Assembly (NCBI GenBank): GCA_030324005.1 | Contig: JARDVH010000193.1 | Span: forward strand, 70,412,453 to 70,476,452 | Reading direction: 5' to 3' | DNA: 64,000 nucleotides | Source of the DNA: Negaprion brevirostris | Taxonomy: Eukaryota | Part shown: positions 36,900 to 50,003 of the stretch, in pieces | Position numbering within the stretch: the first letter of the stretch is position 1 | How the letters are laid out: each line of letters begins with the position of its first letter | The notes under the pieces: generated by a model | Databases searched by the model: none | What the model was told of the DNA's origin: nothing | The model's input: the letters and a program-made list of their open reading frames with translations, nothing else | Made by a program: the position numbers and the translations under genes

Positions 36900-37260
36900 G
36901 GATTTCAGTTGTAGGCCATATCCTCCCAGCCAGTTCTGGGCGCAATTCATCTAAATGAACTTTAGTGAGGTCTACTGTTTGAGCCATCTACACTTTGCTA
37001 AGGAGGCTTTCACAGAAATCCTTTGGCCACTGCAACCATAAAAGCAACCTCCAAACAGGACAAGAACTGCATTACTAGTGGCTGTGATGGTGATCGTGGC
37101 GATGAACTTTGATGCATCTAGCTTTTTCCAGGCCGATGCTGGAGACATTTCTAAGATCTCACAATTTGCCATCCAATTCGGAATAAGTAAGCAACTGGGA
37201 TTTTTTATATTGAACAAGACGGCTTCATTTCATGATATCAGGNNNNNNNNNNNNAAGCAG
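36900..37260 (+). mobile_element. Harbinger (HARBI1-like) transposase N-terminal fragment
   Basis: MNFSEVYCLSHLHFAKEAFTEIL...RTRTALLVAVMVIVAMNFDASSFFQADAGDISKISQFAI aligns by eye to the HARBI1 'AL..F..SGSFQ...GD...ISQ' region. There is an in-frame stop at 37039. Confidence 0.75.
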
Positions 37261-37914
37261 GTGGAGTGAACAAGAGTGTTTGTAAGATTTGTTGCTTTCT
37301 TTTAGTGTGATTTACCTGAAATCAGCCAAGCCTGAGCACAAAATCAAGAATTTCAAGCACAAGTTATGTTCAGCACAAGTTGTGTTTCCATCATCTTTTG
37401 TGCTAGTTTAAAGAACATTGTGGTGGAAACTGGCCCCGCCCACAAACCTGGCCACAGTTTCAGGTCGGATTAATCACCATAACATGTTTCTGAGATTGGC
37501 AACAGTCTTTGAGGAGGCTCCAAGAATTAAGTTTTATTTTTGGGTACAAGTGGATAATAAGATTATTTTAATAACTGTTAAATATTAAAAACAAATTAAT
37601 TTACTCAGAAACACTCTACCGTATATTACTGAAACTAATAAACTATTCTGTGTTTTTCTAAACTCATTTTCAGTTTAAAAAAATAGATTATGAACAGGTG
37701 GTAGACCTTGATTAAAAATGCTCTTTTTTACAGATACTTCCCTCAACAATTCTATTAATAAAATGCACAAATTAACCACGCGTACACATATTAGAATATT
37801 CTTTCATAGAATATAAAAGATATATTCTAAAATGTCACCTATTTAATAGCCTGTGGAAGGATTTATATTGGACAATCTGCGAATTAGTTTGAGCAGATAC
37901 TTGAGTAAAAAATT

Positions 37915-38051
37915 CACTTCCGGAAACTACTGCAACTTTGAGTGCAATGTCTGGTTGCACGAAAAACAGAAATTCTTCACCGACCAATGGATCCGATTAA
38001 AGTTCTGCTATCTTATTGTATCCAATCATGAAAATGGCAGACAATATAAAA
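37915..38051 (+). promoter_or_regulatory. Promoter-like motif cluster (ETS, two CCAAT, YY1-like, TATA)
   Basis: cacttccgg 37915-23, CCAAT at 37984 and 38022, aaaatggc at 38031 and TATAAAA at 38045-51. Several CpGs are retained locally. Motif evidence only. Confidence 0.3.
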
Positions 38052-38224
38052 CGACTAACAGGAGGCGGAGGTTCCATGAACATCTCCATTCTTAATGCTG
38101 GTGGAGCTCAGCGCATGAGTGTACAAGGCAAAGCACAGGCATCTTAAGAGGGAGGTGCCAATGCTCCTTCCTCCATCTCAGTTCCCTCTGGAGAGTCCCA
38201 CCATCACAGAAGCAGATACTTAGA

Positions 38225-38405
38225 CAATCACTAGAGAGCATTGTCGCTTCGTTTCCATTGATTTCAATCTTGCAAGAGCTTCTAGATACCACACTCCATG
38301 AAATGTTGCCTTGATGTCAAGGGCAGTGACTCTGAGTTCATATCTGGAGTTCAGTTCTTTTTTTGATATTTGGATTAAGATTTTATTGGGGTCTGGAGCT
38401 GAGTG
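38225..38405 (-). repeat. Inverted copy of LINE segment 38735-38914
   Basis: The reverse complement aligns colinearly over about 180 bp. Confidence 0.9.
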
Positions 38406-38429
38406 ATACCAAGATACAATACCAAGAAA

Positions 38430-39656
38430 ACGCTGAGCAAACTGAACTACAGAAAATGCTACATTTCACCATAGACTTGCGCTCCAGAACTAGAATTTTC
38501 TGGTCAAGCTAACCCAGTATAGCCACAGCACTGGCATTTGCCGACAAAGTGGAAATTGTCCAGAAATGTCCTGTCTACAAAAAACAGGACAAATCCAATC
38601 TGGTCGATACCTACCCCACCAGCCTACTGTTAATCATTATCAAAATGATAGAAGGTGTTATTGACAGTGCTATCAAATAGTTCTTACACAACAATAACCT
38701 GTTTATTGGTACTCGGTTTCAATTTCGCTTGGGCCACTCAGCTCCAGACCCAATAAAATTTTGGTTTAAATATCAAAAAAAGAGCTTAACTCCAGACATG
38801 AATTGAGAGTCACTGCCCTTGACATCAAGGCAGCATTTCATTGAGTGTGGCATCTAGAAGCCCTTGCAAGATTGAAGTCAATGGGAATGATGGGAAAATG
38901 CTCTCTAGTGATTGGATTCATACCTACACAATGGGTGATATTATTGGAGGTCAATCATCTCAGAGCCTGGACATCGCTGTAGGGTTTCATCAGCATCAAT
39001 CGCTGCTTCATCAATGGTAATTCATCTCTCAGAAGAATCATCTCAGAATCCNNNNNNNNNNGAAGGAGGCCATTCGGCCCATTGAGTCTGCACGGACCAC
39101 AATCCTACCAGGCCCTATCCCCATGACCCTACTTATTTACCCTACTAATCTCCTGACAGTAAGGGTCAATCCAGCATGGCCAACCAACACAACCCATACT
39201 CCTGACCTTCACGTTAAGGTCAGGAGTGGGACAGTTCACTTCACTGATGATTTATCAGTGTTCAGTTCCATTCGCATCTCTTCAGATGATGAAGCCGTCC
39301 TCATTCACAAGTAACAAGATCTGAATAGAATTCAGACTGAGACGAGAAATTAATATTTTGCTACAAAATTCCCGGAGAATTACTATTTCCCCTTGACATT
39401 TAATGACATTGCCATTACTGGATCCACACTCTGGTGGTCACTATTGACCAGAAACATATCTGGAACAGCAATGTAAATACCATGGCTACAAAAGCAGGTC
39501 AGGCTCGATATTCCACAGCACCATTCATTTTTTATGTCCCTAAAGTCTTTCAAGGCAAATATTATGCAATGGAATACATGACATCCACTTCCCAAGATGA
39601 GTGCATCTCCAACAACACTGAAGATGCTCGATGCCACCCAGGAAAAATGATGCTGT
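38430..39656 (+). mobile_element. CR1/L2-group LINE RT fragment, interrupted by a SINE
   Basis: CPVYKKQDKSN; ALDIKAAFH*VWH; FTDDLSVF (decayed FADD); VTIDQKHIW. Confidence 0.8.
39062..39195 (-). mobile_element. HE1-type SINE 3' fragment
   Basis: gaaggaggccattcggcccattgagtctgcac...ggccctatcccc...gcatggccaacc. Confidence 0.8.
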
Positions 39657-40125
39657 NNNNNNNNNNNNNNNNNNNNNNNNNNNNNNNNNNNNNNNNNNNN
39701 NNNNNNNNNNNNNNNNNNNNNNNNNNNNNNNNNNNNNNNNNNNNNNNNNNNNNNNNNNNNNNNNNNNNNNNNNNNNNNNNNNNNNNNNNNNNNNNNNNNN
39801 NNNNNNNNNNNNNNNNNNNNNNNNNNNNNNNNNNNNNNNNNNNNNNNNNNNNNNNNNNNNNNNNNNNNNNNNNNNNNNNNNNNNNNNNNNNNNNNNNNNN
39901 NNNNNNNNNNNNNNNNNNNNNNNNNNNNNNNNNNNNNNNNNNNNNNNNNNNNNNNNNNNNNNNNNNNNNNNNNNNNNNNNNNNNNNNNNNNNNNNNNNNN
40001 NNNNNNNNNNNNNNNNNNNNNNNNNNNNNNNNNNNNNNNNNNNNNNNNNNNNNNNNNNNNNNNNNNNNNNNNNNNNNNNNNNNNNNNNNNNNNNNNNNNN
40101 NNNNNNNNNNNNNNNNNNNNNNNNN

Positions 40126-40212
40126 NTGGTGGTGTTGAGATGGCGGCGCGGGCTCGTTGGGCCGAAGGGCCTGTTTCCTGGGCTGTTTTTGTTCTTTGTT
40201 CTTTGTTCTTTG
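40126..40212 (+). mobile_element. Young CR1 3' end with a (ttctttg)n tail
   Basis: ggcgcgggctcgttgggccgaagggcctgtttcc followed by a microsatellite tail. CpGs are intact and it borders a gap. Confidence 0.8.
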
Positions 40213-40214
40213 TC

Positions 40215-40420
40215 CAGTGTCCTGGCCAATGTTTATCCTGCAACTATAACCTCTAACTTATTATCTATTCATTACTTTTTGAGGGATCTTGCTGTGCACA
40301 AATGGTCTGCTGCTGCATTTCCTGACATGAAACTAGCTACGATATTTCAAAGCTATTTAATTGGCTGCAAAGTGTTTTGCAATGACCTGAGGTTATGAAA
40401 GGTGCTCTATGAGACCTTTC
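40215..40420 (+). mobile_element. Deu-type SINE 3' half
   Basis: gtgtcctggccaatgtttatcc...gggatcttgctgtgcacaaat...attggctgcaaagtgttttg...ctgaggttatgaaaggtgctctat. Confidence 0.7.
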
Positions 40421-41649
40421 TCTGAATTAGTAGCATGAATAAAACATATGCCTAGGTTTTGCTCTGAGCAGCAAAAAATTAGTTTTCACCATTCACCTCA
40501 AGTACACAGGCTGCTTAGTGAGCATTTCTATGACACCCATTACAGAGGATCTATGGGGCTTGATCTGCAAATGTTGGTGGGGTGGGACCAGGCACAAATG
40601 CGATTTGAAAATTTCCATCCTGGAACCCATCTCTGAATTTTGACGTCTAGGGACAATCTTTAATTTTCAATGTATTGGAAAGGGGGGTGGAATAGGGAAC
40701 CAGCTTGACTCCAATTAACAGCCCACTAATCTCCTTGAGGAGCTTGTTAACAGCAATGGGGAGGTCTGCTCTGTGATTGTTAATGGTGATCCTGGCAATC
40801 TCAAACAGTTTGGTATAACAATGTTAGTGAATGGCCGTTGGTTTCACTACAAGGTGATGGATTGTTTTTGATTATTAAAATCATAGGGTCTTCAGGCATC
40901 CTGTGCTGGAATGTGTACAGTTATGTCTGGTTACCCTCCATTTCACTGCTTTATGCTGTTGGCCCTCTGGGGTGTTTGCACTCTAGTTGCAAAGCAGTAG
41001 CACACTCCAACATGACAGCTACCTGTCTTTTTCACTGGCATTCTGAGCAGGCAGGTTTCACCTCCTGAAAGTGTATGGAGCCACTAACTGGGTGCCAAGC
41101 TCGCCTCCTGTCCAATTATGACATTAACATTTAAAAATTGCTTTACATGAGCCATGTAATCGAGAGATGGGTGTGTACTCGAAATTCCCACATTGAATAC
41201 TTGGCTCAAGGTGTTTGTGAGTGGGTTATGCTTTAAGGATCGTTTAACCAGGTCACGTCAATCAGATCGAACATCTTCTCTGAGACATGCAGGCTCTAAG
41301 TCTTGCAGTGAAAAGCAAGAAATATGAATGATTTTGAAATCATTGTATGCCGAGCAAAACAAAAGATGGGATTAATGGGAAGAGACAAAAGACAAAAATA
41401 CAAAAACTAAAATAAATTATTATTTTCTAAAGAAGTTGCAAAACAATTTGTTTTCTGAGAAAATGAAACTTCAGATTTTTAAAATTAGATTTTCAGAACC
41501 AGAGAGGCTGTTCAAATTATTGCTTCTGATGCTGTCAAAAACTCACTTATTCCTGAAAGCATGAGACTGAATGATTTTAGTTGTTAGTGTGAGATTATTG
41601 GGTAATTGTTGGATGCTACTAGAGAGTTATTTGATAATATTGCCTAGAT

Positions 41650-42430
41650 TGAGGCCATCAAATCTGTGCCAGCTCATAAAAAGAGCAAACCAGTTAATCC
41701 AACTCCCTAGCCCTTTCCTCATATCCTTGTAATTTTTTCTCCAAATAATTATCAAATTCTTTTTTGAAGGCTACCATTAAATATATACTTCTCACCGAAT
41801 CAGGCAGTGCATTCCAAATTCTAACTATTCATTGCAATATAAAATCTTCCCTCATGCCATCTCTGGTTATTTTGCTAATAATCTTCAATCTATGCCTTCT
41901 GATCTTCAATCCTTCAGCTACTTTGTTTAAACCCTTCATGATTTTCAACATCTCCATCAAAAATCCTCTTGGTCTTTTATGGTCTAAATAGAATGACTCC
42001 AGCCCTTCCAACCCGTTCATACAACTACAATTTCTCATCACTAGAACGATTCAAGTAAATCTCATTTTGACCTTCTTCAGAGTCTTTACATCCTTCCTAA
42101 AGAGTAGTGACCAGAAGTGAACATAGAACTCAGCTTGCAATCTAACTCCTGTTTTCTACAGGTTTAGCGTAATTTTTCTATTCTGTGCCTTTAGCTATAA
42201 TGCCCATGAACCCTTCTGCTTTATAAACTGCTTTGTTAACTTGTCCTGCCATTCTCGAAAAATTGCGTACAGGCACTCCCCAGATTCTCCCTGCTTGTGT
42301 CCACTTTAAAATTGTACCTTTTAACTTGCATTTTCCCTCTTCATTGTCCTTACCAAAATGCATAAATTTGTATTTCTCCATGTTAAATTGCATTTGCCAC
42401 ATGTTTGCCCATTGCACCAGCCTATGTCTG
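41650..42430 (-). mobile_element. CR1 3' fragment
   Basis: Minus-strand LVQWANMWQMQFNMEKYKFMHFG and RGFLMEMLKIMKGLNKV. Confidence 0.85.
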
Positions 42431-42439
42431 CTTAGAATT

Positions 42440-42760
42440 TCTATAGTGTAGAAGGAGGCCATTCGGCCCATTGTGTGTGCACATACTCTCTGATAGACCA
42501 TCCAACCCTGGTCTTATCCATATAACCTCATGTATTTACCCCATTAATCCCCCTAACCTACACATCTTGGGAGACTAATGGGCAATTTGTCATGGCCAAT
42601 CCACCTAACTCGCACATCTTTGGACTGTGGGAGGAAACTGGAGGACCTGTATGAAACCCACATAGACTCAGGGAGAATGTGAAAACTCCACACAGACAGT
42701 CACCGGAGGCCAGAATTGAATGCGAGTCCCCAGCGCTGTGAGAGCTGTGCTAACCCCCTT
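42440..42760 (-). mobile_element. HE1-type SINE
   Basis: Reverse-complement tail, V-domain and head. Confidence 0.85.
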
Positions 42761-42812
42761 GACCCTTGAAGTCGATTACTAACTTCCCTATTGGTGACTG
42801 TCAGGGTGACAC

Positions 42813-43075
42813 AGTGGGTTTCCTCTGGTGCTCTGATTACTTCCCACAGTCCAAAGATGTGCAGGTTGGGTGGATTAGCCATGCTAAATTGCCCCTTAGT
42901 GTCCCAAAATGTGTAGGTTTTGTGGATTAACCATGGTAAATGTGTGGGATTTACAGGGATAGGGTGGAAAGGAAGATCTGGTTAGCTTGCTCTTTCACAG
43001 AGTTGGTGCAGGCTCAGACTCATGGCCTCTTTTTGCAATGTACGGTTTCAATTGTTACATGTGGTTCTATGGTTC
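42813..43075 (+). mobile_element. 5'-truncated HE1-type SINE, inverted relative to its neighbour
   Basis: gtgggtttcctctggtgctctgattacttcccacagtccaaagatgtgcaggttgggtggattagccatgctaaattgcccc. Confidence 0.85.
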
Positions 43076-46000
43076 TTCTATGGTTGTACACTTGCAAGTT
43101 TTATTTCATCTGAAAATTTCAAAATTGTGCCCCATATCCCAAATCCAAGACACTAATGTAATGCAAAACAGCAGTGCTCCTAGTGGTGGACCTTGTAGAA
43201 TGTCGCTGAATACCTCCCTCCAGTTCAAATAGTAGCCATTCACCACAAACTCTTTTTTTTAATGCATTTTAGCCAATTTTGTAGTTCTCCTGTTATTTTC
43301 CAGTAACTCAGAACCAGTACAGCGAGGAAAATTTGCAGTTCTTTAAAGCGCCTTTGAAATCTATAATTGTTTTTAAGAATGTTTCATAAGGTCTTTTAAG
43401 TATTTGTATCAATTGTAAATTTCTTGGAAAATCAGGAACACTGCTCCATGTGACCTGGTGACCCTTGATCTGGAAGCAGCAGCAATGAGCAGGAAGTTGA
43501 TATGCAAAAGTCATGTGTCTATCAGAAACAAAGGAGAGCTGGAGGCAGAAGGCAATCAGCAAACAAATGCAGGATTCTTGGATGCATTGTGTGAGTGGGT
43601 TAAAAAAATCTCAAGTGTGGAAGGCTGTGTCAATAGTTCAAAGCCGCAGCGCTCCGATCAGCCACTCCAAATGNNNNNNNNNNNNNNNNNNNNNNNNNNN
43701 NNNNNNNNNNNNNGGGCAGGTCGGGAACGTTAAACCCCGCCCATTTGGATCTGAAATGACTTTGACGTGTTCGATTTTACAAAGAGTAAACATCTCGTTA
43801 TAAAATGTTTATATTTGCTACTTCCTACAAAAGGTTAATAAAACCTGTGTTCAATGGACGATGAGAATATTGTACAAAATGTAAATATGTGTGTTAAAAT
43901 AGGTGACTGAGGGACAATTAGCACAAAACAATTATACCTTTGTTGCATTAACATTGACTTTTTTTTAAATGGTTGGAGTATGTTAAACAGTGCGCTGTGT
44001 GTTTGAATTTTCTTCATTTGGGAATGCAGGTTGTATTATTTAACAAGAAGGTATCTTTTCTCTTTAAATCAGATAACTCTGCATGTTCCTGAGACTAAGA
44101 CCTAGTTACAACACAGCATGTTGCTGAATTCAGCTGTGCAAGTAGCTGTAATTACACACGCTGAATTTTGATTGCTCAAATTGTCCTTGGCTTATCAAGG
44201 GGGTAGGATGTCTCGGGAAATGCTGATAAGACTTGCTGAGCTGCGTGGGGCGAATATGATTTTTTTCAACTCTAACCTCTTCTTACTACCTTGCAAATTT
44301 AGTTTGCAACGTTGATAATTCATGTTTTATGTTTATCTCTGACTCTGTTCTCATTCCCCTCCTCCACTCCACCAGTGACACGCCATAAAACAATTGCATA
44401 GAGACTCCATTAATCCTACATTTCCAAGATAGCATCGTAGGGATACTGCGCTTCTACAGAAATTAATTTATCTTGACAACAGGCTTAAAGACTAGGGTCT
44501 GGGGATCACTTGCATGTTCCTCAAAGGCCATTTAAAGCACTACAATAATAAACAGAAAGCTGATATTGGCTGCTGCTCCTGTGGGGACCACACAGAGCAG
44601 TAAGTGAGACTGGCCATGCTGTGCATCGAGAATGCCACTAAAACCCAGGGACATGCTAAGATCTGCTGCTCTGTGATCCAAGAATAGTATGGATGAATGA
44701 ATTAACTGAGTGTTGTTCATGATACATTAGCAGATTAGTGAAGATAAATGGCAAAATCTGCTCCGTGCTATTGAAAGTGTGTTACAAAGAGCTCCCCCTG
44801 AAATATTACTTGAGTGCAGCTGAGCATTACGCAACAAACCCATCCATTAGGTCTTTACTACCTTCCTTTCTTCCAGCACCGTTATCAGCTATTTAACTCT
44901 TGGTTCTTTGTTTCGTCTGACACTTTGATATAAATGGTAAACTTTTCTATCAACTGCCATCTACCAGTAGTGTGATGTGGAAATCCACAAAGACTAACAT
45001 GAATTATAAGGCATATGAAGGTTGTGATTTTATGAATACAATAAATGCCACTTTAACATAATGTTTATTTACACATGATTTTTAACCCCCAGTAAACAGT
45101 GTACGTGAGCTTTAACATCAATTTGACTCAATGGCTGGTATTTTGGGCCCTGTCAGGAGCAATGAGACATGTCAGCATGCCAGTTCCCCACTTCCATTGG
45201 GCGTATTTTGTCCAACTTTGTGGAGATGGGATAAGGGCCAACAAGGCTACTCATCTGTACATGTGAGCTTCTTAAGGAGCCAATTGATGGTGGCCAATTT
45301 TGATTTTCTAGTCAGCTTCTGGGTTCCTGCACTAACAGAGGACAGTTTCGATGCCTGGAGGCTGTCACTGTGTGGCAGACTGAGGGTCTAGGTATCCAGT
45401 CAGGCCTAGAGGCCCTGCCTGCTTGTCTGAGTGCAAGAGCAGCCATAGGTTGCACTGTAGAAAGGTTCCACCTTTCCTCAGACAGGGGTGGTCTGACAGC
45501 TGTATCTATTTTTTAACTAAATGATTTGAATAAAGGTTTGCGAGAGGCTGCCTCTATATTACCTTCCAATGTAAATTATTGTTGCTCTCAAACTAGATGG
45601 CCTCTTTGCTGCCACCCAGTCTCAAGAACGCCGGCCACTTCCCAGAAGTAGATGCAGAACATGTCTGCATGCCAATTAAGAAAGCATCCCTGTGAAAATC
45701 CTAGAGAATGGCTATTCCTAGGTTTGTCTGGGAATACATCTATTGGGAATCTTAGGGCCTAATGCTCGCTTTAAACATTCTTCATGTTGAGAGTAGGATC
45801 ACGTTGCACAATTTGTGATGGTTTGTGTTGTTTCTACTAAGGAGAGGGTGCATGATATATCCAAATGGTAGGATATGGCTTGAGGTGTGACAGAACATCA
45901 GAATTGATGCTTCATTGTGACTTCTGACCTCATTGCTGGAAAACATTGCAGGCTCATCAGTGCTCAGGATTGGCACTGTGCAGGCAGAGCACACTCCAAT

Positions 46001-46369
46001 CAGGAATCCTGTGTCCAACATTGAGCCTGAGGACCCATCAGTAATTTTGTCATTTTTTCAACCGGCTGACCTACTGAAGAAATTAAGAACTGGCCAATTT
46101 TCCCATTGGCGATAGTTCTGTTTCGCACTATGTTGATCACTTTCTGCAAGGAGCCCTAAAACAGGGATAGGTCAATATTTAAGGGGCCTAAAGTCAGTTA
46201 TAGGCAGTTGCCATGGAGGCCTGAAAATGGCCCAAATCAATTTGGGTCAAATGTTTATTGAGTGCTCTCTGGCCACAAAGTTGAGCTTCCTTATCGCTTT
46301 TATGTCAGTGAAACCTGGTTAACAAAGTCCAATTTCTGGCCCTATTTGAAAGGTTAATTTTCAGATTTG

Positions 46370-46596
46370 CCGCAATATTATTGAATGGTGGAACTGGCCC
46401 AAGGGGCCAAATGGCCTACCTCTGTTCCTTTTTCATATGTTGATTGCACCAATTCTTCATAATTTATGAATGGATGCTCAGACGGTGCTCGGTATAATAT
46501 TCAGTCTATATTATCTATGTAAGAACATAAGAGCTAGGAGCAAGAGTAGGCCATCTGGCCCCTTGAGCCTGCTCCGCCATTCAATAAGATCATGGC
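46370..46596. mobile_element. Two short CR1 3' tips in opposite orientation
   Basis: Plus strand ttgaatggtggaactggcccaaggggccaaatggcctac (46370-46445). Minus strand taagaacataagagctaggagcaagagtaggcc (46520-46596). Confidence 0.7.
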
Positions 46597-48864
46597 AATA
46601 ATGTTGCAAGGGTTAAATCATTGGATCTGGCCATTTGTGCACGTTGCCTTAAAGATAATGCTATGAATTAATTCTTCATCTTCACACTTCTCAGGTGTCC
46701 CATTCACTGAACTAGTCAAGGACAGTGTGCTCTGATAGGTTCTAAATAGTGTAGATTCCTTTTTCACAGCTGCTGTTACAATGGTTTTAAAGTTTTAAAC
46801 ATCAATCCTAACTCAGGAATAATTGTAGGAGATGTGTAAATAAATATAAGCTGACTCTTATTAACAATTCAATTATTAGTTACTTGTTCTTCAATTATAG
46901 AGTAATTGCGGTACTTTTTTCCTTTACAATCATTTGTTTCTGATTGGTGACTATTTCAGTGTACTACATTAAGCTAGCTTGTTATAAAAGGTTAACAACA
47001 TCAATATGACTTCTTTTCTGATTGCATTTTGGCACAAAATGTTGACTCGGCCAAAGTGGTTTGTTACAGAATACATCTTGGCAAAACGCCTTTTAAATAA
47101 AGTGGGCAAGTTAAGCACACTAAATTTTACTAAAATAAAANNNNNNNNNNNNNNNNNNNNNNNNNNNNNNNNNNNNNNNNNNNNNNNNNNNNNNNNNNNN
47201 NNNNNNNNNNNNNNNNNNNNNNNNNNNNNNNNNNNNNNNNNNNNNNNNNNNNNNNNNNNNNNNNNNNNNNNNNNNNNNNNNNNNNNNNNNNNNNNNNNNN
47301 NNNNNNNNNNNNNNNNNNNNNNNNNNNNNNNNNNNNNNNNNNNNNNNNNNNNNNNNNNNNNNNNNNNNNNNNNNNNNNNNNNNNNNNNNNNNNNNNNNNN
47401 NNNNNNNNNNNNNNNNNNNNNNNNNNNNNNNNNNNNNNNNNNNNNNNNNNNNNNNNNNNNNNNNNNNNNNNNNNNNNNNNNNNNNNNNNNNNNNNNNNNN
47501 NNNNNNNNNNNNNNNNNNNNNNNNNNNNNNNNNNNNNNNNNNNNNNNNNNNNNNNNNNNNNNNNNNNNNNNNNNNNNNNNNNNNNNNNNNNNNNNNNNNN
47601 NNNNNNNNNNNNNNNNNNNNNNNNNNNACAACTGTGAACTTAGGATACTCTGCTAAGATAGTTAAAAAGCAACCAAGCATTAATAATGGCATTATTACAG
47701 TCTTTGGGGAAATGGCAACAAACAGCTCTTGTAATTGGTTGACAGATTTTTTTTCCAACTTTCACTGACACATGCAGCCTTTATTGATTTTTAAAAGGCC
47801 TAAGATTCAAATAGCTTCACAGCTTGATAGTTCTATGGACAAGATCAGCCCTTCATGAGCGTTATGTCTACGCTAAAAATTCATGACTCCCACATTGTGG
47901 TTTAAGAACCTGGTTACAGTGGAATAGGGTCTGTCAGAACTCAGATGGCCCTGTTGATTTCTGGTTTCCCTGATGTGTGAATAATGTCCGTCCCCTTTCC
48001 CCTAGCTGCAAAGATGAGATCAGCTGGAAATGGGAGTGGGACTTCCACACCTGGAATCTGTGCACCATTTTTAAAGGACCACAGATTCTCCACAAAAGTC
48101 CATTCCGTGATCTTTATCCCCACAGAAAATTGACTTCTACTTCATTGTGGTATGAAGATTGACGTGTAAAGAGGGAGTTAAATCAGTCAAATGGTTGTGT
48201 GCCACACTGACTATGGCAGAAAGAAATCACCAGCAGTTGGGGGGGTTTATTGACTGCTCTCTACAGAAGGGCCAGCATATTATGGTCTTCTTACGCTGTG
48301 GGATATTATGCCCTCGTTGAAGTGAGTGACAAGGTCAATGGCCTGCCACATCCACTGGACAGCATGGGGGGAGGGAGGAGAGGCGGAGAGTGACAAACCA
48401 TGGCAGGTCTGTAAAATCCTGGCCACTGTTTTCTATAGATCTAGTCATGTAGCAACCTCTCGTGTCCTGGGCTACCTTTTGACACTATGGCCTAAATGCT
48501 GCAATGATTACCACCAGCAAATGAAGAAGATGTTTCTTCATGGCTTAGCATCTGACTTTTCTACTGTGTCTGCCATTAGGCTAGAACACCCACATCTGAA
48601 TGAAAGTTGACAGACAATGGAAAATCTAAGGTCAACTTCGGAAAAACCTGTATGACCTGATTTTCCTTTATTTGAGAAGGCATCGCTCTCTATTTACTGT
48701 ACTGTAACTGCATCGATGCTGCTCGATGTGCATCAGAAGAGGAATGGACCATTCAAATGTAATCACTATTGTCATGGATGAAACACAATGACTTAATGCT
48801 TATGATTCACCTAATTCAATGCTTATGTTGGATGTTAGGTTTTTGATTAAGCTTTTTCATTGGC

Positions 48865-50003
48865 TTTTGTTTTTTAATTTAATCTTTCATGGGATGTGGA
48901 CATCACTGACAATTAAGATCAACAATTGTTGCCAATTACTAATTGTCCTTAAACTGAATGACTTGCTAGACAGTTAAGAGTCAATCATGGTCATATGGAT
49001 GCGAAATCACATGGAGGCCAGACCATTGTAAAGAGTTCCTTCCTTTAAATGCTTTGAGGAATGGAAGAGCATTTTATGACACTTAATGGTAGTCGCCTGG
49101 TCAACAATACAAAAACCAGGTTTTATATTCCAGATTTCAATAAGTGAAATTCCACCAGTCACCATGGTGGATCTGAATCTGCGTCACAAATTTGATTGAA
49201 TTCTTTGAGGAGGTAACTAAGTGTGTAGATGCGGGTCGAACAGTTGATGTCATACACATGGAGTTTAGTAAGGCGTTTGATAAGGTTCCCCATGGTAGGC
49301 TTATGAAGAAGGTAAGGAGGTGTGGGATAGAAGGAAATTTGGCCAATTGGATAAGTAACTGGCTGTATCATAGAAGACAGAGGGTGGTGNNNNNNNNNNN
49401 NNNNNNNNNNNNNNNNNNNNNNNNNNNNNNNNNNNNNNNNNNNNNNNNNNNNNNNNNNNNNNNNNNNNNNNNNNNNNNNNNNNNNNNNNNNNNNNNNNNN
49501 NNNNNNNNNNNNNNNNNNNNNNNNNNNNNNNNNNNNNNNNNNNNNNNNNNNNNNNNNNNNNNNNNNNNNNNNNNNNNNNNNNNNNNNNNNNNNNNNNNNN
49601 NNNNNNNNNNNNNNNNNNNNNNNNNNNNNNNNNNNNNNNNNNNNNNNNNNNNNNNNNNNNNNNNNNNNNNNNNNNNNNNNNNNNNNNNNNNTTTGTTCTT
49701 TTGAGTGATGTCCGAGGTAGATTCTTTCCTCAAAGAGTGGTTGGAGTGTGGAATGCACTGCCTGCTGTGATGGAGTCGGACACTTTAGGAACTTTCAGGC
49801 GGTTATTGGATAGGCACACCAGAATGATAGGGCATGGGATAGCTTGATCTTGGGTTCAGACATATCTCGGCACAACTTTGAGGGCCGAAGGGTCTGTACT
49901 GTACTGAACTGTTCTATGTCTATGGTGGGAATTGAACCTGTATGCCCATCACATTGGCCTGACCACTGGATTACTAATGCAGTGACATTACTACGATGCC
50001 ACC
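48865..50003 (-). mobile_element. Second-family tRNA-SINE split by a CR1 insertion
   Basis: Tail and body at 48865-49181, head at 49921-50003. Imperfect duplication atggtggatctgaatctg / atggtgggaattgaacctg at the junctions. Confidence 0.7.
49182..49920 (+). mobile_element. 5'-truncated, relatively young CR1 (RT plus 3' end, with gap)
   Basis: LIEFFEEVTKCVDAGRTVDVIHMEFSKAFDKVPHGRL; 3' end gagggccgaagggtctgtactgtactgaactgttctatg. Confidence 0.9.

Noticed and set aside
37059-37190. Hydrophobic signal-peptide-like exon (TALLVAVMVIVAMNF...) ending at gtaagc
   Set aside because: Better explained as a decayed Harbinger transposase segment. It has an upstream in-frame stop and a paralogue at 23545-23900.
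40550-41640. Probable old Harbinger-like non-autonomous element (similar at about 45130-46340 and 47925-48425)
   Set aside because: Too decayed to define TIR pairs or boundaries by eye, so not listed as features.
46695-46740. Strong plus-strand acceptor (ttcttcatcttcacacttctcag) followed by GVPFTELVKDSVL*
   Set aside because: No good donor or homology. Isolated acceptor-like tracts are common by chance.
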